Assembly (NCBI RefSeq): GCF_006345805.1
Contig: NC_043002.1
Coordinates: 80,848,001-80,912,000 of the forward strand
Length of the DNA stretch: 64,000 nt
Direction: 5' to 3'
From: Octopus sinensis
Taxonomy: Eukaryota
Below are positions 24,497 through 37,440 of this stretch, one piece after another; positions within the stretch are counted from its first letter, which is position 1; each line of letters opens with the position of its first letter. The position numbers and the translations under genes were made by a program. The notes under the pieces were generated by a model that had not been told where the DNA came from, made no database searches, and saw nothing but the letters and a program-made list of their open reading frames with translations.

Positions 24497-25063
24497 CTAT
24501 GTATATATATATGTGTGTGTGTGTATGTATGTGTATATATGTGTGTGTGTGTATTAGTGTCTATGATTGTCCCACACCCACCATCACCTGAAAACCGATG
24601 TTGGTGCGTTTACGTCCCCGTAACGTAGCGGTTCGGCCGAAGAATCAATAGAATAAGCAGCAGGGGTCGAAGTAAAGCAGTAAAAGTCTAATATATATAT
24701 ATATATATATTATAGCCTCAGGCCGGCCAAACGCTTGTAAGTGGATTTCGTAGACGGAAACTGGAAGCAAACTGTCGTATAGATATGTACATTTGTGTGT
24801 GCGTGTGTTTGTGTGTGTGTGCGTGTGTGTTTAGCCCCACCATCGCTTGACAACCGATATTGCTGCGTTTACGTCTCCGTATCGTACCGGTTCGTCGAAA
24901 GTTACTGGATACTGCTAGAATGAATAAGTACATGGCTTACAAAGATCGATTTGTTTAACTATAGGCGGTGCTCCAGCATGGCCGCAGTCACATGACTGAA
25001 ACAGGTAAATCAATGAAAACCTATGCCATTTTAATCCCCAGCAACGCCGGGTATGGCTGCTAG
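24072..25063 (+). mobile_element. Non-autonomous Helitron with nested SINE D copies
   Basis: 5' tatatatagaactgagaatgtg..(tctg)n..aaaactcgagaactacccaaccgatttc. 3' hairpin cagcaacgccgggtatggctg followed by a CTAG terminus. SINE D pieces at ~24575-24670 and ~24716-25015. Confidence 0.6.
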
Positions 25064-25138
25064 GATATATATATATATATATATATTCACGAAAATATAT
25101 ATGTACGTAGATAAGTAGACAAATTGACAGACCAACAC

Positions 25139-25187
<49 letters not shown>

Positions 25188-25811
25188 GAATTGCACAGCG
25201 GCTTTTGTCTTATGGCCTTTGAGAGATAAATGACATATTGTTATTTCTGTTTTACGGTATGCAGAAACTCGGTCACAGCTAAACTGGTCTGTGAAATTTG
25301 CATTCTTATGCAAATTAGACGGACAGAGATAATTAATTATGCAGTATATGGCGACTTTTGGACAATTTGAAATAGAATATATACATGGACGACTCCCGGC
25401 ACTAAAACTGGTGTATACTATGCTAAAATTCAAAGCCACAGGTTTGTTTCTTGCGCCTATTTATGTATCATATGTATATATTACCTGGCTTACAATCACA
25501 TAGTAAACGCTATTAAATGTTAAGAATACAGTTTTAATAAATTTAGTTTTTACTTCGACGTCAAGAGCAAATATATTGGTTTGACAACCAATTTTATCAT
25601 TTTATGAGTAGAAAACGAGTGATGGATTTAACTATATTCTTATCTTCATAAAGCTTCACCGGATAATATGTATCTCACAACATATTAATGGGTGAAATAA
25701 AGCTATTTGTAGTGTATGCAAATTCGGAATCTTTTAAACGGGTTTACCTAATTTGCATAACAGTACATTTTTTCTTAACACTGATAATAAATTAACAATG
25801 CACTTCAGGGT

Positions 25812-25975
25812 AAGGCGGCGAGCTGGCAGAATCTTTAACATGTCAGGCGAAAAGCTTAGTGATATATCGTCCGTCTTCATGTTCTGAGTTCAATATTCAA
25901 CTGAGGTCGACTTTGCCTTCCTGCCATTTCGGGGTCGATGAAATATGAATCTCTTGAGGACAGGCATCTATGTAA
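25812..25975 (+). mobile_element. SINE family A (degenerate)
   Basis: ggcggcgagctggcagaatc head. Confidence 0.75.
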
Positions 25976-26011
25976 TCGGTTATTTTAGGAAATATAAGGA
26001 ACAAAAGAACT

Positions 26012-26210
26012 GGTAGCTTCGGTGGTCAGCGAGGCTTAGTGTTCTGAAACACTTACCTGAGAACCCAAGATCACAGAAAGAATGACTCAGGTTCGAATCC
26101 CGCTGGGAACTGGATTTTGAAAAGCAGTAGGGGGACACCTAGGCGCCATTACCTGGTAGGGCCCGGCCCCCGTAAAGTGTCAGGAATGAGAGCCGAAACA
26201 CTTATCGGAT
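26012..26210 (+). mobile_element. tRNA-headed SINE-like element, family unassigned
   Basis: A-box-like ggtagcttcggtggtcagcg and B box ggttcgaatccc; single copy in the window. Confidence 0.4.
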
Positions 26211-26459
26211 GGAAGTTCTTCCTGTGAAGATTTCTCCTGTTGTGCGCATGCATTGCGACGAGAATCTGATGTTTACTTTTACATTCAATTTCTCTGTTAT
26301 GTGCACGTAAGAAAACTGAGTAATATGTGTATTGAGTTCTACACGTGCAAAACACTGGATAAAAGCAGAGAGTAATCTATATCTGTAGTGGTTACGTTTT
26401 CCACTCGTTTGAAATCAGAATAGTACATACATATATACATTTACAAATATATTTATACA

Positions 26460-27746
26460 CGAGGGGGTACCCAAAAGAAACCGGAATTTTGTAATATTAT
26501 TTTATTCACTTAGCTTTACATGTTTACACTTCAAAGCATTCTCCACTTGAAGCAGTGCATCGGTCCACTCTTCGAAGCTGCCCTGGAACGTCTCTGTCCC
26601 TTTTTTCTTCACCTCTTCCACATCTGAAAGAACGTTTTCCTTTAAGGACTTTGTTCTTTGGGGAAAGAAAAAAGTTGCAGGGAGGAAGGTCAGGCGTGTA
26701 AGGAGGGTGGGTAAGCGGGGCTCTACTATTTTTGGTCAAAATCAGTCTCATACTCCTGGCGGTGTGCGCATGCGTGTTGTCTTGATGAGACCACCACTCA
26801 CTACTTTGCCACAAGTGAGGCCGTTTTCGTCTCACCGCATCTCGCAAATACTTCAAAACTTCCAAGTAAAATGTCTAGTTAACAGTCTAACCGTTTGACA
26901 AGAGGAACAAATTCTGTGTGGACAAACCCTTTCCCACCGATGAAACAAATCAGCATCGTCTTGATACTGGTCTTCTCTTGACGCGTTTTGTGGGAGCGTA
27001 GGGACATTGAACTCTTCCATGGACGTGATTGCTGCTTCGTTTCCGGGTCGTACCCGTAGCACCAGCTTTGATCATCAGGGAAGACTTTCAGATAAAAGGT
27101 CCGGATAAACTTCAAACTGTTCTTTCAGTTTAGAACACGCATTTAGGCGTGACTGCTTTTGAATTTCCGAGAGCAAGTGAGTTACACATTTTGCTACAAC
27201 TCTTTTCCTTCGCAATTCCTCGCTCAAAATTCGTTTGCAGGAGCTCCAAGACGTACCAGTCGCACCAGCAAGCCTTGTTGACTGTTCGATGACGTCCTCC
27301 AAAATCAGTCCTCTAAAATCAGTTTATGAATTTTCATGATGTTTTCAGTCGATCGGGAGGTCGATGTTTGCCCTGAACGAGGTTAATCTTCAAGCAACAA
27401 GTATCCATTCCTAAAGAGTGAAAACCACTCGTAAGCTTGTGTTTTGCTCATGGCAGCGTCCTTGTAAGCTGTTTAAAGCATGACAACTGTTTCGGCTGTC
27501 GTTTTCCCCAGCAGGAAAGAGAATTTCACAGAAGCACGCTGTTGCTTCGTTTCAGTCTTCGCAAAAATCGACGTAGTGGGTGGAGAAGCACTGCAAAACA
27601 ATAACGCACTGCATAGCAGTACGAATACACCGGTTGGCAGACTGATGCCTGAGGGTTGCATCAAGTGACTTCTAGCTGCGAAAGTCTGAACTACGACTGG
27701 CTTGCCCCACAGAGAACATTTCTGATTACTTTTGTGTACCCCCTCG
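26460..27746 (-). mobile_element. Full-length degenerate mariner transposon (~1287 bp)
   Basis: TIRs cgagggggtaccc / gtgtaccccctcg followed by TA. Transposase remnants QQRASVKFSFLLGK, DDQSWCYGYDPETKQQS, HQDNTHAH and HPPYTPDLPPCNFFL. Confidence 0.9.
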
Positions 27747-28497
27747 TATAAACATATGTATGTATATATACATAAGCAGTCACATAACCACCACTGATAT
27801 ATCAGTATTGTCTCCTCATGCATATCATACCACGAATATTATTAACATATCCTATTAATATTCTCAATGCACAAGCACACACATATATACACATATCTAG
27901 GTATACATATAGATATTTATTAATATCAATCAGACGCATATTAATAATAGCGAATGCATATATATTAATAGTCAATATATGAATATAAATATGGAAATAT
28001 GTGTGTTTGTGTGTGTGTATGTGTGTGTGTATGTATACGTTGGCGTACCTACGTAACACTATATCTGATTAAAATACCCATATCCACTGTGAGATATGAT
28101 GATAAAGCAAAACATATATAAAATTATCACAAATGAAATAAATATAACTGTTTGCAATATCAGTCATATTTTTATGTAATCTTCAATATATTTTCCTACT
28201 TATATCTTTGATATTTTTTCTCTCTACCAGCTGGTATGTTATTGTATCAACACTCGTAAATGTCGAATGTTAGAGATAAGTATCCATGTATCATTTACAG
28301 CGAAAATATCTAACAAATCGATAGGGATTTTTTTTGTTTTAACTGCGTCTTCGATTATTATTTTCAAATTCTCTTTTATACTGCACTTCGTTATGTTATT
28401 TTGTGTTTGCATATCTATAGAGAGAGATATGTAAATATGTGTCTATATATTGCATATATGTAAATATGTTTCATATATATTACATATATATATATAT

Positions 28498-28571
<74 letters not shown>

Positions 28572-28574
28572 TGG

Positions 28575-28619
<45 letters not shown>

Positions 28620-29089
28620 TGACAGATAGATATTTATGCATATATATATATATATATATTTATATATTTCCATATATATATATGTACCTATATATTTTTT
28701 ATATTTATATACGTAAATATGTACCTATATATTTTATATATGTATATATGTGTGCATTTGTGTATCAGTGTACATGTATGTGTAAATTTCGTAATCATAC
28801 TACTAAGCATTTCACAAGCATAGAAAACATCATTTTAGCGTAAATCATTACTGTAAAGAGCTCAATAAAGGCGACAATAATCCCCAAATAACGATAAAAT
28901 GTGTGTGATACACACACACACCACGCACACACACGCACACACACACAACACACACACAACACACACACACCACACACAACACACACATATATATATATAT
29001 ATAATATATATGTAGGTCCCTTGTTTGATTCGGGGTTAAAACCACAGTAAATAAGGTACTCAATACATAGCAGAGTAAAATTAATGTAT

Positions 29090-29207
29090 TATATAGAAGA
29101 GCTTCACAGACGAGGAACTGTTTCATTCAAGAGAAATCATCAGGAAGCTCCTGATGATTTCTCTTGAATGAAAAAAAGTTCTAGTCCTGTAGAAGCTCCT
29201 TCTATAT
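29090..29207. repeat. Hairpin / inverted duplication with a perfect 25-bp stem
   Basis: tttcattcaagagaaatcatcagga-agc-tcctgatgatttctcttgaatgaaa, with imperfect outer arms. Confidence 0.9.
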
Positions 29208-29217
29208 AATAAAATAT

Positions 29218-29249
<32 letters not shown>

Positions 29250-29284
29250 ATATATATATATTATATCTATATCTTAAAGTATCG

Positions 29285-30563
29285 AACTGTCAGAATGAGA
29301 CCGCTTTGGTGGATAAATATTCTTGAGCTGATTATTCTTATAGGTGTTTATAAATCTAAACATGAAAATGTCACACAGTAATGGAGTGAAGAAGATGGCC
29401 ACCCAGTATTCAGCAAAATTATGACCCGGGGAAGATTTCAACAGATTTTACAAGTTTTGCGTTATAATGATGCTAGTGCAAGAAGAAAAATGAGAAGTGA
29501 TGATAAAATGGAGCCCATAAGAGAAGTATTTGAAATGTGGAATCAGAATTTAAAAGATGGATATGTTCCAAGTTCATGCATGACAGATGATGAACAATTA
29601 GTTTCATTCAGAGGGCGCCGCCCATTCCAGGTATATATTCCTTCAAAACCAGGGAAATATGGAATTAAAATTTGGGCAATATCCGACAGTGAAACATCTT
29701 ATGCCGGGAAAATGCAAATCTACACTGGAAAAGATCCAGTAAAAGGGAGAAAGACAAATAAAGGTTCAAGTGCTGTTGAAGACCTAGTAAAAGAACTTGA
29801 AAATACTGGTCGCAATATTACTGGTGATAACTTTTTCACAACTCTAGGATTGGCTCGAAAGATGCTTAGCAAGAAAACTGCTTTAGTTGAAACAATTAGA
29901 AACAACAGAGTTGAACTTCTAAGTGCTTTCACAAATGGAAAAGAAACGATATCAATAGCCCAATATTTGGATTTCAAAAGGATTCTACGATCCTGTCTTA
30001 TTGTCCCAAGAAACATTATGTAGTCACAATTTGAATTCCAGGCACTCTCAGCCTTCAATTGATTCAGAAAGTGCTGAAAAGAAACCTGAAATTATTACCT
30101 GTTACAACAAAACAAAAGGAGGAGTAAATACCCTAGCTAAGATGGTAAGGACATACACTTGCAAAAACTTACTCGAAGATGACCTACGGTTATATTCTAC
30201 TCCATGATTGATATAAGTGCAGAGAATGTTTTCCTTGTTGCTAAACAGCTTCACTTACAAAGTTTCAAGAATAAAAAACAGACAGTGCCTAATTCAGTTG
30301 GGAAAGGAACTTGCTGGAGTTAATGCTAAACAAGAAGATGACAAACAATCTTCTAGTTCCGCTAACATTTTGTCAACCACATGAGAAAAGAAGATTATCT
30401 TCAACCTCATTTGAGATTCCTCAGCCAAAGAAAAACAGGAAGATGTAATTTGTGTGGCACCCCAAAAGACAGGAAAACTCGTACGAGATGTAAGAATTGT
30501 AATATTCATGTTTGCCAAGAACATTCCAATGTTGTCTGCATTCACTGCCATGAAGAACTGTAA
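29285..30563 (+). pseudogene. piggyBac transposase relic (PGBD-like), 5'-truncated
   Basis: MTDDEQLVSFRGR, YIPSKPGKYGIKIW, ITGDNFFTT, KPEIITCYNKTKGGVNTLAKM and a C-terminal Cys-rich domain CNLC...CKNCNIHVCQEH. Frameshifts and stops are present. Confidence 0.9.
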
Positions 30564-30604
30564 TTCTGTAGTTTTGTAACTTTTTAAATTTATATCTATA
30601 TATC

Positions 30605-30636
<32 letters not shown>

Positions 30637-31779
30637 TGTATGTATGTATGTATGTATGTATGTGTGTGTGTGTGTGTGTATGCATGTATGTACGTACATC
30701 TGCATAAGTATTACAGTGAACTACATGTTTATATATGCAAGCATATGTCCATGTGCTTTATTAAGAATACCAGCTATCTTTCATCGTTTCCTTTCTCTCA
30801 CATTTTCTTCTTTCCATCTCCTCCTTATGCCTCATTATACCATATTCTCTCTCTCCCTCTCTCCATCTCTCACTCTCTCTCTCTCTCTCTCACTCCCACT
30901 CTCTCATTCAGTCACCAAATGTCTCTTTATCTATTGTTTCCTTCCCACCGCCCTTTACGTGTAACTACTTGTTGCTTAACTTTCTCCAGATAACACTGAG
31001 ATTAAGCAAAGTTTTCATTCTCCTTATCGTACTCTATTACATCACGTTGTTCTTCAACGAGAGCTTCCGTCTTCATTAACATCAGCATTATAATTATCTG
31101 TATCTTCGTCGACATCGTCGCCGTCGTATTTGCTGACGTCACCGTCTCCTTAGGCAGTAGCACCACTACCACCACTACTAACACCACCACCACCACCACC
31201 ATCACCATCTATTCTTCCAATCTTCTCGTTTGTCTCTTCGTAATAATGGTACTACTATCAACACTACCACCATAATATATGCACGCTGCATATATTAAGA
31301 TACATATACAATTCTTATATGCTTCCGTGTATGCTTGTATGTAGGATATTTGTGTGCGTAAGTGTATGTACGCGCATGCATATACTCACACATACACACA
31401 TGTACACATATATACATATGCACACACATACACACACACACCTATCATTATCATCAGCAGCAGCACATGGACATAATGAACGACGACGAGAGTGGTGGCA
31501 GCAATTAAAGTGAAGATGATACGTTGACCGTAATTATATTGATGACAAAACAGTGAGTCGTCCCATCAAGCATACACACATATGCATGTATGTATGTTTC
31601 TCTCTCTCCCTCTCTCTCTCTTCATATATATATATACACACACACGTACATATATTATTACATAAGGATGCATATCTATATCCATTTAATATATTTGGGC
31701 TATATGTGTATATGTCTGTGTATGTATGTATATATGTTTTGTACATCTATCTATTTATCTATCTATGAGTGTATATGTG

Positions 31780-31862
<83 letters not shown>

Positions 31863-31874
31863 GTGTCTATATAT

Positions 31875-31916
<42 letters not shown>

Positions 31917-31947
31917 AGGGAGAGTTTACAAAAAAACAAAAGACGTA

Positions 31948-32265
31948 CAGCTGTTTCCAACGATTTTTTAAATTAGCTGAGACATTACATTATTAGAAAG
32001 AAACTGTTTTCATCAGTTGAATATATGAACCACTACATTCAAAAACATGCAAAATCCAACGGGATATGCACCTTCATGATTCTATGGTCCTTGTTAGTCA
32101 TCATTCTATGAGCCTTGTTGGTCATAGAATGAGAGGGTGCACAACTCGTTGGATTTTGAATGTTTTTGAATGTTGTGTTTCATGTATTCACTTGATGAAA
32201 ACAGCTTTTTTTCCTAATGATGTAATGTCACCATTAATCAATTAAAATTTTGGGGGACACAGCTG
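31948..32265. mobile_element. Foldback MITE with ~125-bp inverted arms (Tc1/mariner-like ends)
   Basis: TA-cagctgt...acagctg-TA; the arms are imperfect inverted copies. Confidence 0.75.
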
Positions 32266-32845
32266 TAGTGAATTGACACATAATCCATCTCTTGTTATTT
32301 ATTTATAAATACGTATATATTATATATGTGTGTGTGTATGTGTGTGTATGTATACATGTGTGTGTATGTATACATATGTGTGTATGTGCATGTGTTTTTT
32401 ATGCGTGTGTATGTGTGTATATATATTCAAATAAATAGACGCACACACACATATACATATACATATACATGGGTGTGTGCATTTGCATGTATTTGTATGA
32501 GCGAGGGAGTACAGCTAGCTGTCACTAACGAGCGAGTATAGCAAACGAAGTTACAATTCCTTAATCATCGCCAGATATATGTGAATAGCCACTTTACTCC
32601 GCATTGGACATCATTGCAACTTTTAAGGGGGTGTCAAGACCTTAAATGGTATTCAGAAAGTCTTCGTAAATGTTTAAATCATTAATTCTTGAATCGTGCT
32701 TAGATTAAAACGAGTATTTGATTGGGCGTATTTTGTAGCTTTTTCTAAATGTTTCCGCTTTAAGGTATACTCATATTGAAATCGTTAAGACCACATATGC
32801 GCCACAAATTTGGAGTCCCTTTTATTGTCAATGCTGAGATAAAAA

Positions 32846-33080
32846 CAGCGTTGGCCAATAGTCACCTGACGGTAAATCAAAACCATTTCAGTCCAAGATT
32901 TATTTATGTTTAACAACTGAATGAATTTGATAAAAGCATCTAAATATGAAACACCATGAGAATTGTTCAAACTGAAGTCTTTGAGCGACACATTCTTTTC
33001 CATTCGAGTCAATAGGGTATTACATACAGATAGTATATATGGGATTTTGATTTACTGTCGGGTGACTTTTGGCCAGCCCT
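32846..33080. mobile_element. Mariner-type MITE
   Basis: Inverted ends cagcgttggccaatagtcacctgacggtaaatcaaaa / ttttgatttactgtcgggtgacttttggccagccctg. Confidence 0.7.
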
Positions 33081-33489
33081 GTATATTAATGTTGTTAGGT
33101 CCGAGTTTTAAGGTTGGTTCCAGTCTTTCATACATATTCAATTCTGTTTTAAAAAAATCGATACACAGTGTTATACAATCTGCTTATGTTAGTAATTTTT
33201 CCAGAATATCTCCACTAGCTGGACATGTATTTCAAGAATTACTGTTGCATTTTGTTTGATGTTAGTTATCTTGATTTTGAGTATTTTATATAATCTCTTT
33301 AATGCTCGCGGAGGATGATACATTCGAAACAATTGACATTATAGTACAGCTTAAGTCGATTGAATTCGTTAAATATTTTATCGGAATGGGGAAATAATTT
33401 TTATAGCTGGACAAGGTTTTATCTTATACATGCATAATATAAAATAAACTAGAGCGGATAATATCATAGAAATGAAGGCCGTTGGCTCA

Positions 33490-33615
33490 ATGCTTAGGGC
33501 GCTGCACTGACGATCGCGAGATAATGGTTTCGATTGCTGGACCAGACGACACGTTTTGTTCTTGAGCAAAACACTTCATTTCACCTTGCTCCAGTTCACT
33601 CGGCTGTAAATCTGT
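33490..33615 (+). mobile_element. SINE family B 5' fragment
   Basis: gtttcgattgc...ttcttgagcaaaacacttcatttcaccttgctccagttcactc. Confidence 0.55.
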
Positions 33616-33726
33616 TAGCCTACGACAGACTGGCGCTCCGTCGACTGAAGGTGCTGTGATTTCGGTCAGAAACACGCTATGTAAACCTGTTGACGAGCCG
33701 TATGAGTTCTAAGAATCGCAATTATG

Positions 33727-34673
33727 TTGGGTTGGCAACTAAGTTACCGCGGTTTTTTAAATTTTAGAATTTATTGCGTTTTTAAATTTTAGAATCTATT
33801 TTTTTCGAGAACTCTATTTTTGCATCATTTTGGAATATATTTTTTTCTAGTTAATTTTTGTTAATTTTTGTTTATTTTCAGATCATTAAAATGGAGTGTC
33901 AAGTTAAGAAAAATGAGCATTTTCGACACCTCCTTTTTGCTTTTCATCAAGGTTCTAAGGCCTCAAAAGCTGCTCGAGATATTTGTGCTGTATATGGAGA
34001 GGGTGCCATAGCTGAAAGAACCGCTTGTGATTGGTAATGCCTAGTTCAAAAATGGAAATTTTGACATCAAAGACGCACCTCGTTCTGGCCGTGCATTTGA
34101 ATTCGATGAAGAGTGACTGAAAGAAACTTTGGAACGAAAATTCTCGTCAAACGACAAGGGAACTGGCAGAGAAAATGGAATGCTCCCACACTGCTATAGA
34201 GAAGCATCTTTACTCGATGGGAAAGGTTCAGAAGTATGGAGTATGGGTTTCGCATGGTTTAAGTGACAACACCAAAAATCAACGAGCCACAATCTCCGCT
34301 GCTTTGCTTGCTCGTCACCGCTCGGCTCATGGACACAAGCAACGATTTCTTTACCGAATCGTTACTGGCGACGAAAACTCGTACTCTCATGATTTGGCCC
34401 CAACGGATTTCCACCTCTTTCGATTCTTTCAAATGCTATGCGCGGAGTTTCGTTCAATACTGATGAAGAATTGAGAGCTTGGTTGGATCAATTTTTCTAG
34501 TCGAAATCGTTTGATTTCTACCAGCGAGGTATTGAAAATCTTATTGAACGTTGGGAAGAAGTTGTAAACAACAAGGATGAATACATTATTGATCAATGAG
34601 TTGTTATCTTTTATTAAACCTTTTAAAAAATTTAAATTTAAAAAAAACGGCTGGAACTTAGTTGCCAACCCAA
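33727..34673 (+). mobile_element. Internally deleted mariner (Hsmar1/cecropia-like)
   Basis: TIRs ttgggttggcaactaagtt / aacttagttgccaacccaa followed by TA. Translation MECQVKKNEHFRHL..., RFLYRIVTGDE joined directly to YSHDLAPTDFHLFR. Confidence 0.9.
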
Positions 34674-34930
34674 TACCATAAATTGTTCATGCTACCTTTC
34701 CTGCTTTTCCACCTAATTTGCTTTTTAAACTCAAATCGTTCCTTGAAAATGTTAGATTTGAGTGCTTTGTTATAAGTGTCTACTAGTCGATTGAACTACG
34801 TTTAATTCTAAAAAATTGATGAAATCTACCTACTTAAACTGCTGGTTTAATTTTTTAGAATATTTGGTAAATGATTTGAGAAGCTGCTTACACACGGTTT
34901 CCATGAGGGTGGAGGCATAATAGGAATGTA

Positions 34931-35144
34931 CGAGGGATGCTGAAAATTTCCTCTCTATGGGTAAAAGAAAATACAGGAGGATTACTTAATTATAAACTTA
35001 TTCAACAAACACCACTATCAGGTTCACACACTTGTTGCAGCAGTCCTTCAGTTTTTCAAAGCCCTGTAAAAGAACTCGGAGGGTAGGGCCATCAGACAAG
35101 CCTTCCGCACTATCCTTAAAGCCAGGACTTTTCAGCACCCCTCG
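34931..35144 (-). mobile_element. Short mariner-derived MITE
   Basis: TA-cgagggatgctgaaaa ... ttttcagcacccctcg-TA; C-terminal remnant GFEKLKDCCNKCVNL. Confidence 0.8.
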
Positions 35145-35175
35145 TATATAAGTATATGTGTGTGTGTGTGTGCGC

Positions 35176-35206
<31 letters not shown>

Positions 35207-35349
35207 GGCGTGTGTGTGTGTATGTGTGTGTGTGTGTGTTCACGTTTTTCCAAGTCTGAAAAATTTTCAAAAGCCTTTCTTAAATCTGTGGGCAATTCAC
35301 ATAAGTAACCATTCCTTCTACTATAGGTGTAAAGCATGAAATTTTGAGG

Positions 35350-35515
35350 AAAAGGTTAGTCGATTACGTTGACCACATTATTTAAATGGTACCTATGTTC
35401 TCGAAACTGTAAAGCAAAATCGACCTCAATGAAATTTGAACCTACCTCGTAAGGCCGAGACAAATACCGCTTAGCATTTTGTCTGACGTGCTAGCGATTC
35501 TACCATCTCGTCACC
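35350..35515 (-). mobile_element. SINE family A (degenerate)
   Basis: cgacctcaatgaaatttgaac...ccgcttagcattttgtctgacgtgctagcgattct. Confidence 0.7.
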
Positions 35516-35971
35516 TTATATAAGTGAAAATGGAAACACAGAAGGAAATAAAAAAATTGATATGCTATTAAAACTCGATAATTAATCATCATGGTTTGCG
35601 TTCTAGGAAATGCTTATTGTGTTCAAATTCTAGCAAACGTACGCTCAAACAGTAAGGCTAGTTATGACAAAATAAACTTAAATAAATGAAGAAAAACAAT
35701 TTAAAAAATGCAAACTGAATCTCAGTAACTCTAGATACGTAATTCCTAGAAACTTGTTCCAGTTGCATTTGTCGAAGGATGATGGGAGAATTTAAAATGG
35801 TTATAATACTTATTACAGGCCAAAATTTGGATATTTTACTTGAGACATTATTATAAAAGGTTCTGTGGTTCCCTCTGATTTTATGCCACGTTATACATAA
35901 ATCCACTTAATTTTATACTGAATGATTGCTCAATGTTTTTCCGTAAAATAAATTTCACAAGGAAAATGCTG

Positions 35972-36400
35972 ACAGTAACTTCGGAGTTCCACGTTGATCG
36001 CCTTCGTCAGACTGTGCTACACTTTTTTCGCATGGTTTTATACAGCTGCTTTTGAGGTATGTGGTGTAATGTGAAATCGGGGTTAATGAGGCGTGGGAAG
36101 TTTAGGGAAGTAGATGTGCAGAGAGATGTAATAGAGAAGGTGAGGCAGGAAGGAAGTTATGTGTTTGTAGAGTTTGGATTGATAGAAAGTTATTGTGATA
36201 AGATGTTCTTTCTGTAGGTGCGGAAATTAAGTCACGGTTCAGCAAAGCGTGGAAGTAACTGTAGAGGTGTATCAATTTCAGGTTTTCTTATGTTTTAGGT
36301 TTCACAACTAATATTTTTGTTGATTTAGTTGGTACCTAACAGATGTCAGTCTGAGGTTAAATTGGTGTTGGTGAGATCTAAAAGATCTGTAAGAAATTTT
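35972..36400 (-). mobile_element. Penelope-like element 3' relic with a hammerhead-like motif
   Basis: Minus strand LLNRDLISAPTER resembles the PLE C-terminal LLNKRSELIS..RH, and is followed by acagt-CTGACGA...ccGAAG-tt-actgt. Confidence 0.45.
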
Positions 36401-36829
36401 AAACTGCGTGTTTTGGGGAGGGTTAGGCTTGAAAGACTGTTATTATAAATATTTATTGGGGTTTTATACTCTTTCTCCAGCTTGATCATTGTGGTTATTT
36501 GCATTTATATTATGGTATTTTATATTTCATTTATTTGCAAATTTATTTATTTGCTTTTTATAGTATAGATCAATAAAGCACCGTGTGACCAGTATAGGTA
36601 AGTTAATCTTACCAAAAAAGCCATACGGTGTGAATTTCAAATAAAAAGAAATTCCATTATGAATTTGGAAAAAAAGAAAAATAGTTGATTTACGAGAGTA
36701 TCAGTTAAGTGGGGATATTTATCAATCAGAAGTAAACAAATAACTTCCCTTCTCTCAATAATAATTGAAAAATAAATAGAAGTTATGTTTGGCGACAGTA
36801 GGAAGAGAACATTCGAGTATGAATTGATC

Positions 36830-37440
36830 ATGCTGAGGCAAAAGCTAAAAATTGTCAATAAGAAACTGCAGCTTCAGAAAATAATGGTCAAAGGAAAGAT
36901 AATTAACAGGAAATTAATCAGCAATCTTCAGAAAAAAAATATGAGATAACAGACAATAAAACTCACAGGGGACATTTTTTAGGAAGATACGAATTCATTA
37001 TGGACTGTAAAAAAGGAGTTTAATCAGGATGTAGTGTGGCTAGAGGAAATTCGCAAGGAATTTTGTTCTTGCATTACACCAAAATATACTCTATCACTTG
37101 ACATACTCATGAGACTGTTACATAAAATGCTTTAGAAAGGAAAGCACCAGGAAAAGAATTGATTGTCGGTTATTGGTACAAAAAAACTGATATTTTATCG
37201 AGGATGTCTTATTGATCTTTACCATCGAGTTCTCAGTGGGGACATAAATATACCAAGTTGGCTTGCATTTTCAGAAAATACTCTAATGCCAAAAACCAAA
37301 GTCACTCACATGGCAAAGAAATATCGATGAATTGAGTGCAAGAATTTAATGTATGAAATGCATACAGACTGTCTAAAATCTTGTGCTTCTCAATCGCTGT
37401 GATGCAACCAATATCATCACCACCGAGGAGGAGGAATCGC
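36830..37440 (+). mobile_element. R4/Dong-clade RT N-terminal fragment, degenerate
   Basis: KAPGKELIVGYWYKKL...IPSWLAFSENTLMPK...KKYR*IECKNLMY...NIITTE, compared with R4 KAPGPD..GFWYKKL..PEWL...NYRPITC. Confidence 0.7.
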
